Shown here: positions 11,771-23,071 of the stretch, piece by piece
Layout of the letters: every line of letters begins with the position of its first letter
Position numbering within the stretch: position 1 is the first letter of the stretch
Assembly (NCBI GenBank): GCA_051047955.1
Contig: JBPGPT010000031.1
Location: 1 to 64,000, forward strand
DNA from: Cystobasidiomycetes sp. EMM_F5
Taxonomy: Eukaryota
Length of the DNA: 64,000 bases
Direction of reading: 5' to 3'
Program-made: the position numbers and the translations under genes
The notes under the pieces: model-generated
Databases searched by the model: none
The model's input: the letters and a program-made list of their open reading frames with translations, nothing else
Told to the model about the DNA's origin: nothing

Positions 11771-12223
11771 ATGGGCGGATGCGGGAGCAAGTCCAACAGG
11801 AGCTTGTGAGGGTTATATGCGACGACGAGGAGGAGGAGGATACTCACGTCCCGAGTATTCAACAGCGCTGGCGAAGGCCATTCTCTGAAGCCAAGCCCAG
11901 CAGCCCCAGCCGCAGTGCCCGCCAATCCACCCACCCGCCGTCAAGGCATCAGTACGATATCCTCACCGCCGTCGCAGGCTATTCCGATGGAGTTCATGGT
12001 CGGGCAGTCTTTAGGTGACCCGACAGCGCCAAGTCCGGAAAGAGACGAGATGCGACAGGCAAGACTGGCGGCCATTGAGCGGAGAGAGAGCAAGGTGGGC
12101 CATGCCGTAGTGGGTGGGTGGATGGGCTGGGCTGATGATTGTGACTGGCAGGCTGGGCGACGAGGAAAGGCTGTACAGAGCAAGGTGTTTGCGAGCAGCC
12201 CGCCGCTAGAGAGCAGGGAATGA
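11771..12223 (+). CDS. Small N-acylated SVIP-like protein with SHP box and VIM-like motif (putative Cdc48/p97 adaptor)
   Basis: Exon 11771-11805, intron 11806-11865, exon 11866-12094, probable intron 12095-12151. Product MGGCGSKSNRSFAGEGHSL...DEMRQARLAAIERRESKAGRRG... Confidence 0.7.
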
Positions 12224-13786
12224 GCTACTCTGTCAGACATTCAGTAGCTTTAAGTAGCTTTATGTGTGAGTATGGGACCGGTGAGTTGGCCTCGCAATCC
12301 CTACCTTTCGCGCAAGCTGAAGACGGCATCCCGCAGACCCGCAGTGTTGTTGTAGTATTCCTCGAGACCGCCTACATGTAACGAATGCACATACATATAC
12401 TGATGCCGCGAACAGCGTCGGACTTTACGACTGAAGCTTTCCCCTATTGGCAATACATGGACCTGACTATCTACATCACCGCTTCTATGCGAGATATTGC
12501 ATTTGCTCACGTCACCTCTGTACAACCCTACTAAACTGTTGACCTACCGCGGCCTATGTCGTTACGCTCAACCTACGTCAAAAACACTGCATGCACCCTT
12601 CTCCTCGTAACAGTTACCTATTCGTATACAACCAGTCGACCATGCGGGAAGCATCGTCACACACATGGCGCACAAGGCCGCGCAGGGTATGCAGGTACAA
12701 AACACCGTGCAGGCTTAGTGTCTGTTAAGGCCATGGCTGCACATTGAAAGGGTCTGTGCTGCTACGTCGATTGTCCGCACTACCGACCTCGCCAACGCAG
12801 CAAGTCATCAACGGCCACTTGCAGAACGTGACATACTGGCTACGGTCCGTGCTCTGTGGATGGGTATTCGATCTCGTTTGGCTGGTCGCTCATTCCATGG
12901 TCCGCTGACAACGGTAAGCGGTATCTTCTCCGCAAGTCTGGCGTATATTACATCGCCAGGCGGGCACTCTGTACTGCGGAATGACCGCATCTGCAGCAAT
13001 AGTAATCCGTTGTAGAGCAAAGCAAGAATGTTTTGTTGATGGATTACAAGCCGTTGCCTGCTCGTCTTTTGACCTGTTGACGACTTGCAATTCGAAAACG
13101 ACGACGACGCGGCGCATTGCGCAGGCTCATCAGCGCCATGCTTATGTTGTGTTAAGCTATGCATCGCTGGATCCAGTCAATCCTGATGATGCCTCCGCTG
13201 GCGATTCAAGCCAAACCTCCGTAACGATATCCAGAATGACCAGCATTCACAGCAATCAGCCGGAATCATGGCATACGCAGTGCACGATGGACTACGAGGC
13301 TGACGAGGCTGAAGCTCACAACTGACGGCGCTGGCCTCGTTGCGTGAAACCAATTCTGATGATCTCTGGACGCCCTGCCATTTCCGGAAGCTCATCTGCC
13401 GTTTCCAGCAGCAGCTTAATTCAAGTACGGCCTAGGCGCAGTGCAACAATGGCAGTCAAATTGGACAGCGTAAAGACTCCCTGCTCTGGGTAATCGCACC
13501 TCGTCTCCTGGTGAGAATCTCTGCACTGCGGTACCCGCGCCGAAATTCCGCAAATTACAAACCCACTCGGAAGCAGTAGCGATACTGACGAGTCTCCAAA
13601 CTCTCAGACTCCCTCCTTCCAACTTGTGTCTCCCTTTCCGACCTTGCAACCAGTCTGCATCTGCTTTCCTGCCGCCGCGAGACGGGCAATCTCTAGGCTT
13701 TTGAAAATCCCCACCTTCATTTGGCAATCACAAGCGAATACTCACCTTGTCTGGAAGACGCACTGTCATTTAGAAGTCTCTTTATC

Positions 13787-15201
13787 ATGCACACCTTCTT
13801 TCTCGCCGCTCTCCTGTTGGTTTCGCCAGTCGTTCTCGCCAACCACGGAGGAAGCGGTCCAAAGCACGCCAGGTTTGCTCGAGTCAAGAGAGGCGGCCCC
13901 ACCCTTCACCTTATCGGCGACGAAACTGTAGCAGCTTGGTCGGGAGGCAATGTCGCAGGCGTGCCCAACAATGCTGCTCCTCCGGTCGTCAGCACGAGCT
14001 CGATGAATCTGATCGATTCGATTAATGCAGGTATTGGCGTAAAGACGAGTGCAGCAGCTAAAGTTGCTCGACGAGGAATGTTTACACCGAGCGCCAAGTC
14101 ATCATCAAGTACGTCGCAAGATGTAAGGACAACATCGAGCTCTTCCTCGTCGTCTTCCTCATCGTCTTCCTCGTCCTCGTCATCATCTTCGTCGAGCGTC
14201 AAACCTTCATCATCGTCTTCGTCATCGTCGAAGGAAGCTCCAGCATCCAGCTCGGCAGCACCGCCCTCGTCCTCCAAAGCTACATCCGCTTCTTCCTCGA
14301 CATCGTCGGCACCTCAGATGTTTGCGCCCAAGGCCAACGTAGCGGTCACTAGTGCGTCTTCACTCGCCTCAACTTTCAGCAGCAGCAGCAGCAGCTCGAG
14401 CTCTAGTGCGAGCTCTAGTTCCAGCACTGCGACCGCTACTCCAACTGGTCTGACAACCCCGCAAGGCTGGGGAGCAAGTGAGTAGCATGACCTCGATGTT
14501 TGTGATTTACTCAGCTAATTACTGCGACCTGATTGTAAATAGCCTTCGCTAGCAAGTACACTACAATGCAAGTGGTCAACCACGGCGCAAGGGGTGCTAC
14601 TACCCGCAACGTCTGGCGCAACATGTGGACCGACATCATCAAGCAGGTGAAGTCTGGTGACATTGTCGTCATTGAGCTAGGACACAACGACAATGCGCAG
14701 ATGCCGGGATCGCTTGCGGACAAAGCTACCGGATGCGGAAGTGTGATGGCAGGAGGTGGAGCAGGCTCTACTGTCACTACAGGATGCGATGGCAGCGTTG
14801 AGACGGTCTACACGTACTCTTCCTACCTTACGATGATGTGCGCTGCAGTCAGGGAAGCCGGAGCGACCTGTATCATCTCGAGTATCGTGCCCAAGAATGA
14901 GTGGAAGCGCGGCAATACAGTCACCTACAACAATGCCGACACGACGTTTGCGTCGCAGGTCGCGCAGGGCATGGGAATGCCGTTCGTCCCGCACTATACG
15001 ACTTCCATCAATCAGATGAATGGCGTCGGAGGAACGTCGTCTACCGAGTTTTATCTCTCTGGCGACACGTTCCAGACCAACACGTGGGGTGCAGAGCAGT
15101 TTGCGCAGTCGTTTGCTGCTGCAGCCTACTGCAACGGCGTCTCTGCCATTACTTCGAGCCTGACGCCTGCAGGACAGGCGCTCCAAGGCAAGCTGTGTTA
15201 G
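13787..15201 (+). CDS. Secreted SGNH/GDSL rhamnogalacturonan acetylesterase-like (CE12) protein, catalytically degenerate, with Ser-rich insert
   Basis: Signal peptide, KR site, TLHLIGDET, QGWG, VVNHGARG, GDIVVIELGHND, IISSIVPKNEW, FVPH, DTFQTNTWGAEQFA; one intron 14478-14542. Confidence 0.85.
14131..14430 (+). repeat. Poly-Ser low-complexity coding tracts (TCN/AGC repeats)
   Basis: Runs of tcgtcttcc and agcagcagc encoding poly-Ser within the SGNH gene. Confidence 0.8.
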
Positions 15202-15326
15202 TCTGTTGGCGAGTAGTCTTCTTTCCGGACGAGCCCTTGATGGGCGGTCGATTGAGCGAGTCTTGCAATTCGAGCTTCACCGTTGTCGTCGTTGGTATGT
15301 TGGCAATTCTGCGCCAAACCTGAGCC

Positions 15327-17870
15327 ATGTCGCTGTACGAGACTCTGCGACTGTGCGGGCCATGTCACTATTTGCTACGAGGGTGTCGATGACTGAGGCC
15401 TATCGTCGTCGTCGTCGCCGTCTGCAGATATGCCAGCAAGGACGCCTACACGCTCGTCCCAGAGTCTGGCGGACCACTCAGGAGCAACAGCAATGGTGAT
15501 ATCAATGGCCAGCCAGCGTCCCTCGTCTTCAACCGGCGTTCAAACGATATCGTCGTCAGCTGTGGGTGTGGTCGCAAGATTGGCGGTGAAGGATGTACTG
15601 ATATATGTTGTTGCAAATGGTGCTCACTGACAATGATCCAGCATCGCTGACCCCTCCTACCTCGTACGACTCGGCTACCCTCGTCTACGGCCTCTTTGGT
15701 GTGATATCGCTGACGCACTGTGAGCTGATTTGAAGGACGCTCGGGCAGTCACATCCATCTCCGCTCTGCTGACGGGTCGCGATGGGTGTACACTTAGGCG
15801 ACTACCTCATCTTTATCACGTCGAGAAAGCGAGTCACTCGCGTTCTCGATACCGACATCTATCTCGCTCGAGACTTCAAGGTCTTCCCCATAGACCCGGC
15901 CCTGTCCGCAGCCGCATCGTCAAAGATCTCTGGTCTACAAACTCCAAACGAAAGCTTCCTCCTCTCTCTAATCAAAGGTCATCTCTACTCTGGCCCATTC
16001 TACTATACGTACGGCCAGTATGACATCACGAGCAGGCTGCAGGTCCAGGATCCCAGCGACTCGCGACCCTTGTGGCAGAGGGTGTGTAAACTTGACTATC
16101 ATTACTATCAGTAAGAGTTCTCGTACTGAATCTTGTATACAGGCAGACGACCGCTTCTTCTGGAATAGACACTTGCAGACCCGGCTGATTGACCTCGCAT
16201 CCAACTCTGGCGGGTTTAATGTATCTGCCTTCGTGCTGCCCACCCTCTTTGGCTTTTGCGAATTCAAGACTGCAAGCATCCGTTCCCGTGATTTTGTATT
16301 TGGTGTCATTTCTCGCCGATCCCGACATCGGGCAGGAACGCGATACTTTTCGCGAGGTATAGACGCAAAGGGCAACGTGTCAAACTTTAATGAAACGGAA
16401 CAGCTCCTCCTGCTTGATCCATTGAGCGAGAAAGCTAGCGCGAGCGGGCCTGTTAGAGGCTTGATTCGCGCTTCATACGTTCAGATCAGAGGAAGCGTGC
16501 CCATCTACTGGGCCGAGGTCAACAATTTACGCTACAAGCCCGATCTGGTGGTCATGGACCTGACGACAACTGTAGGTCGCCATTGCAAGCGTAGAAGTCG
16601 AGCATCTCGGCTAAGTGACGACGGTATACGATAGGCCGACTCACTCACGCGTCATTTCGACTCTGTCACATCCGTGTATGGCGATATCTACGTAGTGAAT
16701 CTGGTCAATCAGAAAGGCTACGAGAAGCCAGTCAAGGAGGCATTTGAACGAGCTCTCCAAGAAGTCGGGAATCCCAAAGTTCACTACACGTACTTTGACT
16801 TTCACCACGAGACGAAAGGTTTGAGGTTTGATCGCGTCGCCAAGCTCATTGACAACTTCGAGGACGATCTCAACCAGCAAGGCTTCTTTTACGCTTCCGC
16901 CACGCCCGAAGGTTCTCGAGTACAGCGAACCCAGACCAGCGCCGTCAGATCAAACTGTATGGATTCGCTTGATAGGACAAATGTCGTGCAGAGCACCTTT
17001 GCAAAACGCGCGTTGACTGTACAGCTGCGCCAGGCTGGTGTCCTGGGAGCAAACGAAACCCTAGACAACCACGGCGATTTCATGTTTTTATTCCGCAACA
17101 GTATGTACCGTCTTGCATCGAAGCGGTTTCCGTGCGCTGAGCTGATGCAATTCTTGTACGCAGTCTGGGCTGACAATGCCGATACGGTCTCAAAAGCATA
17201 CTCTGGCACCGGTGCTCTGAAGACCGACTACACTCGGACTGGGAAGCGTACAAATGCTGGTCTCATTCAAGACGGTGTGAACTCCATCATGCGATACGTC
17301 AAGAACAACTTCCTGGATGGGCCTCGTCAGGACGCATACGATCTCGTTACTGGCACGTGGATTCCGCGAAAGGGAGACAGCGCGGCCTTTATAGATCATA
17401 GACCTGTGCTCACTCGTATCGTCCCATACGTCCTCTTTGCTTCGCTGGCCACGATGACAGCAATCTTCAATTTCCCGAGATTGTCCGCTCGTAAGCGCTT
17501 TCGGCTCTCGATCTGAGGTGCTGCATAGCTGAATGTGCTTTATACTTGATCGCTTGCAGATTATCTGAATGCTGGCGTATCAGTCTTTGTATTATCGTTC
17601 TTGACCTTCTCAGGGTCCGCCTACTATGCGCTCATGCATGGCATAGATTACGTCGCTTGGCCTAGACTGCGACCGCTTACAGAGACCATCAACTATTCTG
17701 GCAAAGGGCACTTTTCCGGGCGTAGAGGGCGAGGCTTTGCAGCGAGCGGCGGAGGTCAAATTGGAGGTAAAAATAAGCAGCTTGCTGTGCAGACGCATAG
17801 TGACAAGGTAGAGAAGGACATGGAGACGGGTCATACAGCAGCTCTGCCGGGCAAGAAGCGAGTAGACTGA
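15327..17870 (+). CDS. SAC1: Phosphoinositide phosphatase Sac1
   Basis: Spliced N-terminus MSLYETLRLYASKDAYTL; ADDRFFWN; SRRSRHRAGTRYFSRGID..NFNETEQ; QIRGSVP; RSNCMDSLDRTNVVQ (CX5R); WADNAD..SKAYSGTGALKTDYTRTGKR; C-terminal TM hairpin. Confidence 0.95.
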
Positions 17871-17968
17871 GTCGGATCATGATGCTATGTACTACTGCAT
17901 TCAAATTTAACGATATAGATGATTTTGCTATAAATGACCATGCCTTGATGCCATGACATGCGATTATG

Positions 17969-18931
17969 CTACTTCGAAGGCCCACGACCGTCTAAGATCT
18001 CTACTCTTCGTACCAACTCGTGCAGATATAGGTCCTGTGAGTCGGGCGCCAGCTCCAAGACTGCGCGATGGAGATTGTACAGATATTCTGAATTTCGTCC
18101 GGATGCTGGAGGAGATAAGACGCTTTAATTGCTAGTCCGGGGCTCAAGCCGGTATACATATATACGCACGGCCTGTGCTCCTCTGGATAAGGGCAGCGAG
18201 CTCATCTAGAGGCTGGGCTCCGATGAAGGAGGGATTCGCAGATAATCCGACGTACACCTGTCATATCTAATCAGTCTACAATCATTCTTGCGGGTGAGCT
18301 CGACATTTCACCTCGGCCTGACATGCACAGAGTGAGCTCGTTCGTACTCGACTGCACACCGACAAGTAAGCTCACATTGGGTACGACAATCTGTTCGATT
18401 CCGTCCACTTTACGATACACATCCACTCTTTCGCATGAGTATCCGTCCTTTTCTCGATAATCCAGGTACGCCTTGACTTCCACTGCGTATTCTGGATCTA
18501 TACGGTATACGCAACCCCATACGCAGTCTCCGTCTGGAAGATCATCTGCGTACGGTAAGCTGTGCCATTCTTTTGCGTTGACTAGTGTCACGACCCGACC
18601 GGGCGCCTCTGGGGTGCCTCTATGATCATTTGAGCTTTCTATGACGATGTCCATCAGAAATGTCGAGTGTACGCCTGTCGAGCAAAGCAAGGCGTACGCG
18701 CAAATCTCCGCGAGAAGCCTTTGATATAGCCTGGAATGCGCTCGATGGCATGCGGAGGAGGTTTCCATATGAGAGCTAGAGGAAAACAAGATGAGTACGT
18801 GTTAATCGTTAGAGCGTCAGTGCAAGTCTGTTGCCGTACACCCATATCTTTGCCAGGAGCAGTATTGGCGTCAGCCGCACTGCTTCCTTGGACCATTTCG
18901 GGCACCATGCTCACCCAAATATGTACTCCAT
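17969..18931 (-). CDS. GCG1: ChaC-family glutathione-specific gamma-glutamylcyclotransferase
   Basis: Spliced [70 protein letters not shown]. Confidence 0.93.
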
Positions 18932-19197
18932 AGTAGAAGACTGAAGCTCAAGAGGCTCCTTAGCAGTTTGACGACATTTTGTACCAGAGTCAAGAGGACG
19001 TCTAAGGAGACCTTCGCCACCAATTGCAGGACCGTCGACATAATCTTGCAATGCAGAGGACATCTTCTGATGGCACACAATACCCTTGTAATGACCACAA
19101 CATCTAAGTTTGACAACGACATGACGGACTTAGGTAGGGTAATGAATGCAATACGAAATGCGGAACGCAACAGCACGCCGGCGCGCCTGTAGTTAAT

Positions 19198-20876
19198 TCA
19201 AGTATACCATCGGGCAGCCTCCGTCGGTCGCTTTTCCTTTCGATGTGGAATGACCGATTCAGTAACGTCGTACGCCGCCTTGGCGTCTTCCCACATCTGC
19301 ATATCGAGTTCAATGACGACCTGTCTGGGTTTGAACGACTCGTCTTGCTTTTCCTCCTCCGAAGGTGGCTCGCAGTAGACTGGATGCATCCACTGTCAGC
19401 TTCTCGTGTCAACACATGATCACGTCAGTTGTTGCGTACAGATAACTGGATCGGAATCACTACGGATTTCGATAGCTGCACGCTTTTCTTTGATGAGGAA
19501 ACTCAAAAAGAAGGTATTTTCCACCGTCTGGTTGAAGGAATGAGGATTAATGAGGAACTTGAACAAGTTTATCCCTTCGTCGCCTTGCTCCATTAGGACA
19601 TCGCGGACATGCCGTACCCAGCCGGTCGTGCCTTCATCTGTACCGTCAATGTCGTCTGCTGTAATCTGTATATATGACTTTGTCAGACAGTGGGCTTGTA
19701 GCAGTCGTTTGACCGCTCACCTGCTCCGGCCGTACGACCTCCACTGCAGCCTCCTTTGCTTGACGAGCCTTCTTCTGGACCTTCTTCTTTTGTGGTATCG
19801 CAAGCGGACCGAGCCTATTCGCGCAGTGATGCATCAGCAAGGACACAAGCAGAGTCTCAGGTAGCACTTTTGCTTACATGAAGTCGATGGGCGGGACGCG
19901 AAGGGTGAACCTAGTCGCCAGCTTCCCGATGATATCCCATCCTTTCACAGCCGTGTGAAGGGGAATTTCGACGTCGTCATCATCTTCATCATCGTCTTCC
20001 CTTCTTTGGCTTCCTCGGCCGCGTTGCGACCCGGCATTACGGGGTCTACGTACATCCAGTTGTATACCGCCAGTAATGACCTTCTTTAGCTTAGCGACAA
20101 AGTCGTCCGTGTCGAAATGGTCTACTCCGATTCGCATCTTGCGAGCTTGCTGTATCGCCATGTCTCCCGTCAGCATTAAGAGATTAGAGTCGAGCACTGC
20201 TTCGGCTGGCGTCTTGACGGTAGTAAACAGCTCATTTGCTCTCTGAATGCTGCTTTTGATGGCCGAAGCCGTCATACTTTCGGGATCATTCAATCGCCCA
20301 GCTGTATGACACAAGTATTGGCTGGAATGTTCTTCATAGCAAGCCATTACACTCACCCATCAGATGGCTCGTCAGGTTGCGATATTCCTTCCGGACCTTG
20401 CGCTTCTCGTCAATAGCTGAAGAAACAGAGATGCAGGCTTCGGTAAGTATATGCATTAGACCATGTATTCAGGGATCTTCCGGCCTACGCTGTCGAGGAT
20501 CGTAGACGCTATCTTCTGGTCTATCTTCTATGCCATCTTCAGCTTCTTCCTCCATGTCTGCGTCCTCCTGACCATTAGTAGCAGCCGTAGCGGCAGCAGC
20601 TGTGCTACGTCTTGTGCCATTTGTTCCGTTATTTGCATCGCTCGTGGGTGCCTCAAGTTCCGGCGAGGAGGGCCTTGGACGTGACGCCGGCGCGGAAGCT
20701 GTCGACTTTCGCATGACTTTCTTTCCATTCGTAGCTTTTCCATTAGTCGCTGCTCTCGCAGACGTGGTTGCTTTCGGGCTGCTCTGGTCGACGTCCATCG
20801 CGTCTCCTCCACGGTCTGACCCGTCCTCGCTCTCTTCGCGGACTTCAGCCTGCTTGCTAGCCCTGCGTGAGCTCAT
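19198..20876 (-). CDS. NSE4: Smc5/6 complex kleisin Nse4
   Basis: VKTPAEAVLDS, FDTDDF, GINLFKFLINPHSFNQTVENTFFLSFLIKE, RQVVIELDMQMWE..SVIPHR. Start codon uncertain; in-frame upstream ATG at ~21047. Confidence 0.88.
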
Positions 20877-21357
20877 CGTCTCCCTGGCAGCGCTGCCTGG
20901 CGCGCGAGGCTGCGACTCTGTTGTATTGTTGCTGATATTCAACGATGTCCGCCTAGTCGTAGTCTTGTTTCCAGACGGCGTCGGGGCATACGAGTTTTCC
21001 TTTTCCGAGTTTGCGGTCTGTGATGGAGAGTGTGAGCAGGTCTGCATATTGCCATCTCGTCGTCGTTGGTCTCTGTGTCCAGGCCAGCTCGCCCAAGAAA
21101 ACACGCTCCATCTCTCAACCACTCACCGGACTGCGACGAGACTGCGACATTGGCTATCACTTTATCGTGTCATGCAGGATATTGGGTGGTCTTGGTGTCG
21201 CAGTGTTGTGCTGAAGTTGGCGGGAGACAGAAACATCTCCGGCGACGCGCTCAAACGTGTAAATAGACCATATGTTTTGCGCAAAGTCGCGTAATGTTCA
21301 AACAACAACGCTTTGCAACTATTCCACAATGTCATTTTAATCCCAACGCTCGCCGAG

Positions 21358-22699
21358 CTAGGACGACGCGCCGTGAAATGAAGATGGCCTCACGGGAACG
21401 GCAGGAACGTCTGGGAGGTGTTGCATATTGCCCGCCCTGTTCCAGTCGAGCTCCAGGCTACTTGCTCGCGTCGATACTGCAGCAGTCCTGATCCCGCTCG
21501 TCTCCCATCCCTCAGGTATACGATCCATCACATCCAGCGAGCTGTCTGGTCGAGCAGAGGTGTCATTCTCAGCAGCGTCAACCTCATACCCAGAAGCAGC
21601 ATTGTCGGAAACTTTGTCTGGTATAATGTCCTCAATGGCCAACTGTCGAGCACTCGACGCGACACTATCCTGAGGCGTAGCGTATGCAGCAGAAACAATA
21701 ATACGGCTGCCAGAAGCTTGTGGGGGTGCTTGTACAGTAACGATATTGCGCATGTCGACAACTGGTAGCGCTGTACCCAGCGTACCACTACTGCTCTGAG
21801 TACGCAAGCTCCCTGTCTCCTCTTGCACGCTAGCGAGATGCTGGCCGTCATCAAGCCGTTTACGAATAGGCGAGCTGAACGCGACTGGACCGCCTGTTAT
21901 GTACGCGTACCCCGCTTCCCTAGGAGAGTAGGTAGAAGCAGCGAACCGTCTCGTCGAGGCATCCAGGGTATGGCCAGAAATGCAATTCTCTGCCGCATAT
22001 GCCCGTGTACATCTCGTAGGACTGCGTCTCCTCCGCCGCACGCAGATGAAAGCGACAGAGCTCGCAAATATGAGAAGCACGACAATGACGACGAGCACAC
22101 CGATGGCGGTTGGTAGGGAAATGCGCGGTCCTCCGTCTATAGAGCTATCGGTCGTGTTGAGCGTTTCTGTGGTCGATTGAGCCGCACTCGACAGCGCGCT
22201 ACTGTCTAGTGAAGCTCGGCTACCGGAAGTATCTGATGTGATCGTTTCCGTTAGGATGGACGAAGTTGGCGTTTGCGTGTCTGGAGGCGTAGACGCACTC
22301 CACGACGCGGAAGTGAACAACTACAATGTACATCCGTCAGAACTGCTATTCAATTTGACAAACGCGTACCAAACTCGCTTGACTGACCTGAGAAGCAAGA
22401 CGGTCCGAAGCCGAAGTAGGCTGAGACCATACGGAGGTTGACGATGGGGTGTCGGCGGACGAAGGATTGGGAGGTCTCGATGACAAAGTAGGCAGAGGTG
22501 ACGTGTAAGATAAAGTCTGCTGTATGGCTGTATCGGAGGTTGATAGACTTGTGGTTCGAGAAGCTGTCAGGCGACTGGAAGTTGTGCTAGTCGATACAAA
22601 AGGGTCGGATTGAGGAGGGACCTCGCGCGAGGAGGTGATTGAGGAACGGGAGGTGGGCGAAGAAGACGAGGAGCTGCGACTTGGAGTATTGTGCGACAT
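21358..22699 (-). CDS. Ser/Thr-rich single-pass membrane protein (mucin/Mid2-like topology), unknown function
   Basis: Two ORFs joined by a probable intron (~22324-22369): Ser/Thr-rich N-region, hydrophobic IGVLVVIVVLLIFASSVAFICV followed by RRRRR, then cytoplasmic tail; start uncertain. Confidence 0.6.
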
Positions 22700-23071
22700 A
22701 GCGCTGGCGAAGTCCAACCAATTCAACGCGGGCTTGCAGATTTTTCAGCGATTTCGAGGCATGTGCGTGTCAGTCGTTTGAAGGCAGCATGAAGAGACTA
22801 TTGTAGCCATGATTGCATTGCTCCACATAGTATGCATCGACTCTGCCTGATCCTTCGAATGTCCGGCTGGCATCCGGACTTCTTCCCCTTGCCACTCCGA
22901 GAAGCTGCCAACCGCATCCGGACGAGGCTGCACGAAGACATTGGAGCTTGCACTCATTCTGACCTGAAATTGATGCAGTGTGACCATATGAAGAAGCTCG
23001 TAATGGCTGCTTTTTCGCTCGTCTGGTTGTGAAAACTTTCGCATCTCACGTCCGTCGACCCCGCAACTAAA

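Noticed and set aside
12243..12262. Short tandem duplications (agtagcttta x2; also cactaaagg x2 near 9186)
   Set aside because: Trivial slippage-type repeats in 3' regions
12240..13780. 1.5-kb gap with short ORFs (e.g. 12301-12525 minus, 12981-13325 plus)
   Set aside because: Tried several splice combinations; none gave a consistent open frame or motif. Treated as upstream region of the SGNH gene, though a small gene or ncRNA cannot be excluded
13906..14277. Asp/Glu-rich antisense ORF
   Set aside because: Shadow of the poly-Ser codons on the opposite strand
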